A stretch of DNA of 26,466 nt from Paraphysomonas bandaiensis (Eukaryota; Protista; Chrysophyceae). Shown one piece after another: positions 1 to 10,818 of this stretch (the first letter of the stretch is position 1; the number at the start of each line of letters is the position of its first letter). The notes under the pieces are model-generated. The model worked only from the letters and a program-made list of their open reading frames with translations. It was not told where the DNA came from and ran no database searches. The position numbers were made by a program, and so were the translations under genes. Where the stretch lies: the NCBI GenBank assembly GCA_965644295.1, contig CBFFRP010000194.1, positions 1 through 26,466 of the forward strand. Reading direction: 5' to 3'.

Positions 1-1554
1 TCTTCATCAGGTGGAGGTGCCATATAAACATCCTCTTCAAGATCGGCATAACAAAACGCTGATGATACGTCCAACTGATGTACATGCATATGAAACATAA
101 AGGCAATTGCAAGCACCAGTCGAATGGTTATTCCTTTGACCACTGGAGCAAACGTGGACTGCTCCTCCTCCGTTTTTTCTTGTAGATTCCCTAATGCAAC
201 CAGCCGCGCCTTATACTTGACTACATTCCCCAGAAGGTCTCTCTTCACCGTGTGAACATACTTTGCTCGCACCAACTTCACTCCTCGTGGAGTCCGCACA
301 ATCTTTAAGACACGTCTCTTCAGTAGTGAGGTCTTCTCCACCTTCCGAGCTTCTCTCCACTTCATGTACTGTGGAGATCTCTCTGCTTCAGCATAGGAGT
401 CTGGTATCTTAAAGTCATCATGTTGAAACTCTGCATGTTTAAAGTTAACAGTGCATGCATCTGGCACCTCAACCATATTTATTTCTCCTAACACCGATGC
501 GTTCGCCAACCTACGCTGTAGCCGTTTCCGCCGTACACGACCATCACCATCTAGTTCAATAGGTCGTCTAGTAGATATATACGAACCCATACCTTGCTCA
601 TCCTGAGCCCGCAAATCTTGCGGTGTGGGAGGAGCCCCGCTCGCATCCCCAGACCCATGGTCTGTCGAGGTCTGCAACCTCACGACTGTCTGTTGACAGG
701 TTGGGTCAGGACTCTCCTGGAACCCTCCAGGTCTTCCCTGGTCCAGCTCCCTGGCTGGCGTAGTACTCAGGGCGTCCCCCTTTCCTATGTACCCGGTATT
801 CCCGGGGGTTTCTGCAGTCATACGCACCACGTCTTCGACGTGTATAGGCACCCGGTGCTCTATATGCTCGCGACCTGCAGTAACAAGTGAACGGTATGCT
901 ACAATCACACCCTTACGTTCTACAACTCTTGTTGTCTTATACAGAAGTCCGTCCTCATCATCAATATGATACGTTCCTTCTAAGCTGACATAGTCGGATG
1001 CAAGCTTGGGTCTAGCGGCCTCCCGCACTCGAAGAGCATCAATCTCTGCGAAATACTTCTCTGATCGTGATGGCGTTGACTCATCAGTCAATATATGGAC
1101 TGTAGTCACCACCTTGTTTGATTCAGGAAGATATACATGGTATCCTACCTTCTCATCAGAGTAACCCATTAAATATCCAACTAGAGCCTTATCCTCCCAA
1201 TCCTTTCGTCGATCCGCCTTCGGTGAAAGAACATAAGTTCGACACCCCCATACCCTAAGATATCTCAAATTTGGAGGCTCGCCCGTTAGAAACTCTATAG
1301 GAGACATATACCCTTTATCTGTTTTCGTTGGCAATCGAATCAAAATATATCTGGCTGCCATGTATGCATCCAGCCAAAATTGCGGTGGCAGTCCAGATTG
1401 GATTAGCATTGCAAGAGTCATCTCTCCAGCAGTTCTGAACTTCCTCTCCTCTATGGCATTCATTTCTGGAGAGTCTGTTGAGCTCCACGTATGTTGATAG
1501 CACTCCTGTGTCCTAAGATACTGACGCAGCTCCTCACTGATTAATTCTCCTGCA

Positions 1555-3804
1555 CCATCGGCATGATAGTGCTCCATCTTGAGCTTGTACCTTCTAACAT
1601 CTCCTCTAAATAGCTCTTTGAAGACTTCTAAGACCGCTTCCCCAGTTCTGTGGACTAAACCCGTCGCCCAGAACATTTTGCTGGCATGATGCGTTATCTT
1701 TAACACATACCTCTCACCTCCTCTCTAGCAGGACAATTTAAGTACACAGCGATATCTGCTGAAAAATTCGGTCTAACGGAATTCTCGTCCTTCGTTCGGA
1801 AGCTGACTCGGGTTATCTTAGACCTGGCACACACATCACACAAACACTGATTTTTGTGTACCTTGGCTGTGAGGTGTTTCCGTTTCAACCCTGTACCCAT
1901 GATGAGCATCCTCTTATGTGCCTCCACTAACGCATGTTTGTTGAAGTGACCCGCTCTCCGATGCAGCAACTCCAGCTCGTCCTCACCAGTCCTATCGCTA
2001 AGATTTACTTCACAATTACTCGGTGTAGACACATCTGGAAGCTCCAACAGCTGCTGAGTTGGAACTGCAGTCATTCCATTCTTCATGGGTCCCTCCAGTA
2101 CCAGTTCACCAGTATTACAGTCATAAATTTGGATCCCATACCACACCGTGAATCGATAGCCCATTTCGTTTTTAGCTTACGTCCGGAGCACAGGCATCGA
2201 TTGATCTGATCTGAAATTTCTATGTCTCTCCATGCTCCACGGGAACCCACACTTGTGATATGAATCTCTGATCCCTTCTTAGAGCCGTTTATCACCTTTG
2301 ATGTATTCATATGAGTGTCAAGCATGGTCACATCATTCATCAAGAACATTGATGATGAACAGCAGGTGTCAATATATGTATAATGCATGTCATCATTTAC
2401 ACTACATATATTCGTTTCATGTATATTGCATGACAATTTCATAACATCCTCGATCATATTTGCTTCATCTTCATCAGAGAAATCTGCTGGTTCTCCACGC
2501 CGTATATTCTCTACTGTCAGCAACCGTTTGTCCGGCTTCCTACCATGATTCTTCCCTTTCTCTCCTCTTCTAGAATGCTTTTTCTTCGTCGTTGGACAAT
2601 CAGCAGCAAGATGTTCCAGAGACTTGCAATTTCTGCATCCCGTGTATTCAGCACTTCCAGGACGCTGCCCTGATATCTCTCCATCGGCATGATAGTGCTC
2701 CATCTTGAGCTTGTACCTTCTAACATCTCCTCTAAATAGCTCTTTGAAGACTTCTAAGACCGCTTCCCCAGTTCTGTGGACTAAACCCGTCGCCCAGAAC
2801 ATTTTGCTGGCATGATGCGTTATCTTTAACACATACCTCTCACCTCCTCTCTAGCAGGACAATTTAAGTACACAGCGATATCTGCTGAAAAATTCGGTCT
2901 AACGGAATTCTCGTCCTTCGTTCGGAAGCTGACTCGGGTTATCTTAGACCTGGCACACACATCACACAAACACTGATTTTTGTGTACCTTGGCTGTGAGG
3001 TGTTTCCGTTTCAACCCTGTACCCATGATGAGCATCCTCTTATGTGCCTCCACTAACGCATGTTTGTTGAAGTGACCCGCTCTCCGATGCAGCAACTCCA
3101 GCTCGTCCTCACCAGTCCTATCGCTAAGATTTACTTCACAATTACTCGGTGTAGACACATCTGGAAGCTCCAACAGCTGCTGAGTTGGAACTGCAGTCAT
3201 TCCATTCTTCATGGGTCCCTCCAGTACCAGTTCACCAGTATTACAGTCATAAATTTGGATCCCATACCACACCGTGAATCGATAGCCCATTTCGTTTAGC
3301 TTACGTCCGGAGCACAGGCATCGATTGATCTGATCTGAAATTTCTATGTCTCTCCATGCTCCACGGGAACCCACACTTGTGATATGAATCTCTGATCCCT
3401 TCTTAGAGCCGTTTATCACCTTTGATGTATTCATATGAGTGTCAAGCATGGTCACATCATTCATCAAGAACATTGATGATGAACAGCAGGTGTCAATATA
3501 TGTATAATGCATGTCATCATTTACACTACATATATTCGTTTCATGTATATTGCATGACAATTTCATAACATCCTCGATCATATTTGCTTCATCTTCATCA
3601 GAGAAATCTGCTGGTTCTCCACGCCGTATATTCTCTACTGTCAGCAGCCTTTTGTCCGGCTTCCTACCATGATTCTTCCCTTTCTCTCCTCTTCTAGAAT
3701 GCTTTTTCTTCGTCGTTGGACAATCAGCAGCAAGATGTTCCAGAGACTTGCAATTTCTGCATCCCGTGTATTCAGCACTTCCAGGACGCTGCCCTGATAT
3801 CTCT
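1555..3804. repeat. Tandem duplication of ~1.12 kb (1555-2680 and 2681-3804)
   Basis: Junction CCATC at 2681-2685 is shared by the IN site (1555-1559) and the gag site (3805-3809). The single-copy equivalent is 7898-9019 (1122 bp). Confidence 0.95.
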
Positions 3805-4647
3805 CCATCCTTCTTCCTCTGCTTCCTCCTGCACTGTTCAGTTGAATGGCTATGAGGAATTCCTTCTTTCCTGCAATATCTACAGTTGCCCTTCTTACGC
3901 TTATCCCGTTCCGTTCGAGACCGTTTGCTCTTTTCAATGAAGTTCAGCTCCTCCACCTTCTTGCGTTTCCGCTCTAACGCAATCCTTCCAGGAATGGTAT
4001 CATCATACCGTTCTATCTTCCTTGATAATGTTGCATAATCAACATCATCAGGCATCAAATACAAAGCAACATTCAGAGGAGCATATTCTTCATTCAACAG
4101 ACCTTCTCGTAACCGTGTTATTTTTGAGAGCTCCGATATGTCCTGCTGCTGCTCCTGTAGCTCTTTCAGCAGTATTTCAAACCGTATTATATAGTCCTTC
4201 GCAGTCTCCTCCGGACGCATACGGAAAGAGCCATACTGAGTCAACAGCTCACTGATCTTGTTTTGCTTCCCTCCAGCAAAGCACTTCTTCAACTCATCAA
4301 TCATAATATGCGCCTTAAACCTGTTGCTTCCACTTCCATCAGCCTTGAACCCTTTATGTAGAAGATGGAATTTCTGAAGCGCCTTCGAAGATGATTGCAC
4401 TGCCTCTCTGCAGTACGAATACGCTATGGCATTCGCCTTCCAGTACTTCTTCACAGCCTGTCTGTAAGACTTCTCCTCCATTAACGTGAGTGGCTGTTCC
4501 CCGAAGTCGCTCTCCTTCGGTGGTGGCTCCACAGCTACTTCACTTTGCTCTTTCCTCATGAGGAACGTTTCGAAGTCTTCAATCCATTGTTCAACATTGC
4601 TCTCATTAAACTGTGGCACTACTCCTCTATCCTCCTTCTCTCCTCCT

Positions 4648-4659
4648 CGCTCGCTACCA
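4648..4659 (-). promoter_or_regulatory. Primer binding site of the second copy
   Basis: Identical to 9863-9874. Confidence 0.85.
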
Positions 4660-4953
4660 TGTTGAGAAACGCTCATTTTACACTAGATCACAGAGAGAAT
4701 TTGTCGTAAGACTAGATAGATTTATTAGTATCGTTTACACGAAGTTGTGATAACCAACACTAACTCATTATAATCCCTGCATAATATCCTACATATGCGA
4801 ACCTCTCGTTACTGAACATATCTTGAACGATCAAACTATTTCAGTTTCTCAATATCATCACAGCATTTGTACATCACTATATTTCACTGTATTCTCGTAC
4901 ATTGTCTTGAAGTGACATACTGAATATACTAGAATAAGATCCATATTCTAATA
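4660..4953 (-). repeat. Shared LTR (3' LTR of the full copy, 5' LTR of the next copy)
   Basis: Has a PPT on one side (4954-4962) and a PBS on the other (4648-4659). Confidence 0.93.
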
Positions 4954-4962
4954 CTCCCACTC
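4954..4962 (-). promoter_or_regulatory. Polypurine tract
   Basis: GAGTGGGAG abutting the first base of the LTR. Confidence 0.8.
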
Positions 4963-5132
4963 AATGTAGAATGCAGTGAGATAAAACAGCAGTGATCACA
5001 ATAATCTGATAATGCTATGACTATCTAGTCCCATAGGTAAAAACAGATGTGAAATCTTTTAAAGATACATATATATCTAGCAGTCAACTAGATATACAGT
5101 TATGTGGGATTTTCACCCACTAAAACACACCT

Positions 5133-8100
5133 TTAACCTCTTCGGGGTCGTTTCTTCTGCTGCTCCTCCACACTGTTAGACACACTCCTCTTAACCCCGG
5201 TAATCGTTTTCTCATGACGGCTGAAGATCTTCGTGGACAACGCCTTTGTAAAAATATCGGCCGCCATATCATCCGTAGATACATGAATCAACTTTGCTGT
5301 AGGAAATTTTCCATTAACATGTTCTCTTATCCAGTGATACTTGATGTCAATATGCTTCGACCTCTTATGGTACACTGGATTCTCTGAAAGATCCTTTGCA
5401 CTCTTACTATCCATAAAGAATGGAGTCGGCTTCGCTACCAAGAGTCCGAGCTCCTTGAACACCCCCGAAGCCACACCAGTTCTTGCAAAGCCGCATACTC
5501 CGCCATATACTCAGATTCCATGCTCGAAGTCGCAACTGTGGTCTGAAGCTTGGACTGCCAGGCCAAAGCGCCCGCACATAAAAGCACGATGTATCCCGTT
5601 GTGGACCGCCTAGTCATCCTATCACCAGCCCAGTCTGAATCACTGAATACATGTAAATCAAACTCACTCCCACTGAATCTGATTCCCTTATCAACTGTAC
5701 CACGTAAATATTTCAACAAATGAATAGCTAATCTGCAAGTCGCATATGTTGGAGAAGTACTAAATCGAGCCAATAACCCCACAGCGTAAGCCAGATCAGG
5801 TCTAGTGTGAATCGCCAAATGCAACACCGCTCCAATAATTCCTCTATACGGAAATGATTCGACCCACTGCTTCTGCTCCTCCGTCAGCTCACGTTGCTCT
5901 GCCAACAAATCCTGAACATTGGTAGGTAGTGGAGTCTCCTTATTCTTACTGCTCTTTCCCATAAACGAACTGAATTTCTTTACAATATTCTTGGCATATT
6001 CCGATTGATCTAACATGTACCAGTCCTCGCCTCTCGTGATTCTGATATTCAGAAACCGTTTGCACACACCCAGATCGTGCATTTCAAACGTTTCGCAGAA
6101 CCTACGTTTAACACTTTCTAAGTAGGTGAGATCAGCAGATGCAATGATAATATCATCAACATATATCAGCAATAAGTGCAATTGACCATTACTCCATCGC
6201 ATATACAAGCATGTATCTAAAATGCAAGCAGTAAAATGTAACGATTTGATGAACTTGTCAATATGCTTGTTCCACTGCCTCGGTGATGACCACAAACCAT
6301 ATAAGGCCTTGATCAATTGAAAACACCACCCCGCTGGCAACTCTTCATCAGGTGGAGGTGCCATATAAACATCCTCTTCAAGATCGGCATAACAAAACGC
6401 TGATGATACGTCCAACTGATGTACATGCATATGAAACATAAAGGCAATTGCAAGCACCAGTCGAATGGTTATTCCTTTGACCACTGGAGCAAACGTGGAC
6501 TGCTCCTCCTCCGTTTTTTCTTGTAGATTCCCTAATGCAACCAGCCGCGCCTTATACTTGACTACATTCCCCAGAAGGTCTCTCTTCACCGTGTGAACAT
6601 ACTTTGCTCGCACCAACTTCACTCCTCGTGGAGTCCGCACAATCTTTAAGACACGTCTCTTCAGTAGTGAGGTCTTCTCCACCTTCCGAGCTTCTCTCCA
6701 CTTCATGTACTGTGGAGATCTCTCTGCTTCAGCATAGGAGTCTGGTATCTTAAAGTCATCATGTTGAAACTCTGCATGTTTAAAGTTAACAGTGCATGCA
6801 TCTGGCACCTCAACCATATTTATTTCTCCTAACACCGATGCGTTCGCCAACCTACGCTGTAGCCGTTTCCGCCGTACACGACCATCACCATCTAGTTCAA
6901 TAGGTCGTCTAGTAGATATATACGAACCCATACCTTGCTCATCCTGAGCCCGCAAATCTTGCGGTGTGGGAGGAGCCCCGCTCGCATCCCCAGACCCATG
7001 GTCTGTCGAGGTCTGCAACCTCACGACTGTCTGTTGACAGGTTGGGTCAGGACTCTCCTGGAACCCTCCAGGTCTTCCCTGGTCCAGCTCCCTGGCTGGC
7101 GTAGTACTCAGGGCGTCCCCCTTTCCTATGTACCCGGTATTCCCGGGGGTTTCTGCAGTCATACGCACCACGTCTTCGACGTGTATAGGCACCCGGTGCT
7201 CTATATGCTCGCGACCTGCAGTAACAAGTGAACGGTATGCTACAATCACACCCTTACGTTCTACAACTCTTGTTGTCTTATACAGAAGTCCGTCCTCATC
7301 ATCAATATGATACGTTCCTTCTAAGCTGACATATAGTCGGATGCAAGCTTGGGTCTAGCGGCCTCCCGCACTCGAAGAGCATCAATCTCTGCGAAATACT
7401 TCTCTGATCGTGATGGCGTTGACTCATCAGTCAATATATGGACTGTAGTCACCACCTTGTTTGATTCAGGAAGATATACATGGTATCCTACCTTCTCATC
7501 AGAGTAACCCATTAAATATCCAACTAGAGCCTTATCCTCCCAATCCTTTCGTCGATCCGCCTTCGGTGAAAGAACATAAGTTCGACACCCCCATACCCTA
7601 AGATATCTCAAATTTGGAGGCTCGCCCGTTAGAAACTCTATAGGAGACATATACCCTTTATCTGTTTTCGTTGGCAATCGAATCAAAATATATCTGGCTG
7701 CCATGTATGCATCCAGCCAAAATTGCGGTGGCAGTCCAGATTGGATTAGCATTGCAAGAGTCATCTCTCCAGCAGTTCTGAACTTCCTCTCCTCTATGGC
7801 ATTCATTTCTGGAGAGTCTGTTGAGCTCCACGTATGTTGATAGCACTCCTGTGTCCTAAGATACTGACGCAGCTCCTCACTGATTAATTCTCCTGCACCA
7901 TCGGCATGATAGTGCTCCATCTTGAGCTTGTACCTTCTAACATCTCCTCTAAATAGCTCTTTGAAGACTTCTAAGACCGCTTCCCCAGTTCTGTGGACTA
8001 AACCCGTCGCCCAGAACATTTTGCTGGCATGATGCGTTATCTTTAACACATACCTCTCACCTCCTCTAGCAGGACAATTTAAGTACACAGCGATATCTGC

Positions 8101-9891
8101 TGAAAAATTCGGTCTAACGGAATTCTCGTCCTTCGTTCGGAAGCTGACTCGGGTTATCTTAGACCTGGCACACACATCACACAAACACTGATTTTTGTGT
8201 ACCTTGGCTGTGAGGTGTTTCCGTTTCAACCCTGTACCCATGATGAGCATCCTCTTATGTGCCTCCACTAACGCATGTTTGTTGAAGTGACCCGCTCTCC
8301 GATGCAGCAACTCCAGCTCGTCCTCACCAGTCCTATCGCTAAGATTTACTTCACAATTACTCGGTGTAGACACATCTGGAAGCTCCAACAGCTGCTGAGT
8401 TGGAACTGCAGTCATTCCATTCTTCATGGGTCCCTCCAGTACCAGTTCACCAGTATTACAGTCATAAATTTGGATCCCATACCACACCGTGAATCGATAG
8501 CCCATTTCGTTCAGCTTACGTCCGGAGCACAGGCATCGATTGATCTGATCTGAAATTTCTATGTCTCTCCATGCTCCACGGGAACCCACACTTGTGATAT
8601 GAATCTCTGATCCCTTCTTAGAGCCGTTTATCACCTTTGATGTATTCATATGAGTGTCAAGCATGGTCACATCATTCATCAAGAACATTGATGATGAACA
8701 GCAGGTGTCAATATATGTATAATGCATGTCATCATTTACACTACATATATTCGTTTCATGTATATTGCATGACAATTTCATAACATCCTCGATCATATTT
8801 GCTTCATCTTCATCAGAGAAATCTGCTGGTTCTCCACGCCGTATATTCTCTACTGTCAGCAGCCTTTTGTCCGGCTTCCTACCATGATTCTTCCCTTTCT
8901 CTCCTCTTCTAGAATGCTTTTTCTTCGTCGTTGGACAATCAGCAGCAAGATGTTCCAGAGACTTGCAATTTCTGCATCCCGTGTATTCAGCACTTCCAGG
9001 ACGCTGCCCTGATATCTCTCCATCCTTCTTCCTCTGCTTCCTCCTGCACTGTTCAGTTGAATGGCTATGAGGAATTCCTTCTTTCCTGCAATATCTACAG
9101 TTGCCCTTCTTACGCTTATCCCGTTCCGTTCGAGACCGTTTGCTCTTTTCAATGAAGTTCAGCTCCTCCACCTTCTTGCGTTTCCGCTCTAACGCAATCC
9201 TTCCAGGAATGGTATCATCATACCGTTCTATCTTCCTTGATAATGTTGCATAATCAACATCATCAGGCATCAAATACAAAGCAACATTCAGAGGAGCATA
9301 TTCTTCATTCAACAGACCTTCTCGTAACCGTGTTATTTTTGAGAGCTCCGATATGTCCTGCTGCTGCTCCTGTAGCTCTTTCAGCAGTATTTCAAACCGT
9401 ATTATATAGTCCTTCGCAGTCTCCTCCGGACGCATACGGAAAGAGCCATACTGAGTCAACAGCTCACTGATCTTGTTTTGCTTCCCTCCAGCAAAGCACT
9501 TCTTCAACTCATCAATCATAATATGCGCCTTAAACCTGTTGCTTCCACTTCCATCAGCCTTGAACCCTTTATGTAGAAGATGGAATTTCTGAAGCGCCTT
9601 CGAAGATGATTGCACTGCCTCTCTGCAGTACGAATACGCTATGGCATTCGCCTTCCAGTACTTCTTCACAGCCTGTCTGTAAGACTTCTCCTCCATTAAC
9701 GTGAGTGGCTGTTCCCCGAAGTCGCTCTCCTTCGGTGGTGGCTCCACAGCTACTTCACTTTGCTCTTTCCTCATGAGGAACGTTTCGAAGTCTTCAATCC
9801 ATTGTTCAACATTGCTCTCATTAAACTGTGGCACTACTCCTCTATCCTCCTTCTCTCCTCCTCGCTCGCTACCATGTTGAGAAACGCTCAT
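5133..9891 (-). CDS. Copia gag-pol polyprotein (~1585 aa after repairing two frameshifts, ~7331-7334 and ~5462-5466)
   Basis: Gag with Zn knuckles (CRYC..H..C, CRNCKSLEHLAADC); PR YIDTCCS; IN HRRAGH..CDVC and D-D-E (FSADI, HADGAGE, IEERK); RT YVDD; RNase H SDSDWAG, ESEY, ADIFTKAL. The other copy lacks the 2-bp AT insertion and reads DYVSLEGTY in frame. One extra G in the G5 run restores LRGVFKELG. Confidence 0.93.
9863..9874 (-). promoter_or_regulatory. Primer binding site, probably initiator tRNA-Met
   Basis: TGGTAGCGAGCG directly after the LTR-terminal CAACA; resembles the Ty1 iMet PBS (TGGTAGCG...). Confidence 0.85.
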
Positions 9892-10168
9892 TTTACACTA
9901 GATCACAGAGAGAATTTGTCGTAAGACTAGATAGATTTATTAGTATCGTTTACACGAAGTTGTGATAACCAACACTAACTCATTATAATCCCTGCATAAT
10001 ATCCTACATATGCGAACCTCTCGTTACTGAACATATCTTGAACGATCAAACTATTTCAGTTTCTCAATATCATCACAGCATTTGTACATCACTATATTTC
10101 ACTGTATTCTCGTACATTGTCTTGAAGTGACATACTGAATATACTAGAATAAGATCCATATTCTAATA
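9875..10168 (-). repeat. 5' LTR (294 bp, TATTAG...CAACA)
   Basis: Identity to 4660-4953 stops at 10168. Immediately followed (minus strand) by the tRNA PBS. Contains AATAAA and the gag ATG. Confidence 0.93.
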
Positions 10169-10222
10169 GTCACCTGTCACCTCCACTAACGCAAGTTTAC
10201 TTACAAAGAATTAAGTTTTGCT

Positions 10223-10818
10223 GATGACGCGCACAAGCACCTTTCGTAGCGCTAAAATAGAGTAGGATACCAGAGTTAAACACTGCCTCTTAAACAACGC
10301 CTATTGCTAATTATAAGGCATTCACTACTCTCCTTAAATGTGATGATGATAGTTTTAACGTTAATCATAAGCAACTCTCAATCAAGAAAGGGTATGGAGT
10401 CTGTTTGTTGGGGAACTCGGAAATTAGTCTCCTTGCCATCATTCTCTCAAGTCTCAAGTTACATCGATCTTTCTATTGTGGTCTCCTTCTTATGTCGGAT
10501 AGGGGTAAACACTGAAGTGTTTATTATTCACAAAAAGAGTCTTATTCAGTTAGATCTATTGAAGTACGCTGAGAAGATTTTTGTGACTCAACTTCAAAAT
10601 ACATATTCACTTCGTATGATGCTATCGAACAGATAAACATGTCAGACAAAGACCTTCCTTCGGACGTATAGACAATTACCCGTGCCGCAGTCTGTTTGGT
10701 GCAATGTTATGTATTGAATGTCTTATAATTAGCAATAGACGTTGTTTAAGAGTCAGTGATTAACTCTCTGGTATCCTACTCTATATTTTAGCGCTACGAA
10801 AGATGCTTGTGCGTCATC
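10223..10818. repeat. ~100-bp-arm inverted repeat (10223-10324 / 10715-10818) formed by two opposed copies of a dispersed repeat
   Basis: GCACAAGCA..CTTTCGTAGCGCTAAAATAGAGTAGGATACCAGAG...CTATTGCTAATTATAAG is mirrored on the other arm with few mismatches. Confidence 0.9.

Larger units (their letters stand above)
1..4676 (-). pseudogene. gag-pol of the second copy, disrupted as assembled (internal duplication plus three +2 indels), 3' partial
   Basis: +CT at ~2848 and ~1722 give PAREEVRGMC* instead of PARGGERYVLK; +TT at ~2170. Confidence 0.8.
1..4953 (-). mobile_element. Second tandem copy of the same copia element, sharing LTR 4660-4953, with an internal duplication; truncated by the window edge inside RT
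   Basis: Near-identical to the full element: offset 5215 for gag/LTR and 6341-6343 for IN/RT. Has its own PBS at 4648-4659. Confidence 0.95.
4660..10168 (-). mobile_element. Complete Ty1/copia LTR retrotransposon (5509 bp)
   Basis: Two 294-bp LTRs that appear identical (9875-10168, 4660-4953). PBS TGGTAGCGAGCG follows the 5' LTR and PPT GAGTGGGAG precedes the 3' LTR. Domain order gag-PR-IN-RT-RNaseH is the copia order. Confidence 0.97.

Noticed and set aside
4723-4953. Shorter LTR with TATTAG...CTAATA termini, or a GGTTAT half-tRNA PBS at 4750-4755
   Set aside because: CAACA followed by TGGTAGCG at 4660, and the solo LTR starting at the same base, define the boundary better. Neither alternative motif is conserved in the solo LTR.
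7300-7340. Programmed frameshift or readthrough between IN and RT
   Set aside because: The other copy (~980-995) lacks the 2-bp AT and is continuous in frame.
594-9470. Short plus-strand and alternative-frame ORFs inside the retrotransposon
   Set aside because: Shadows of gag-pol; they recur only because the DNA is repeated.
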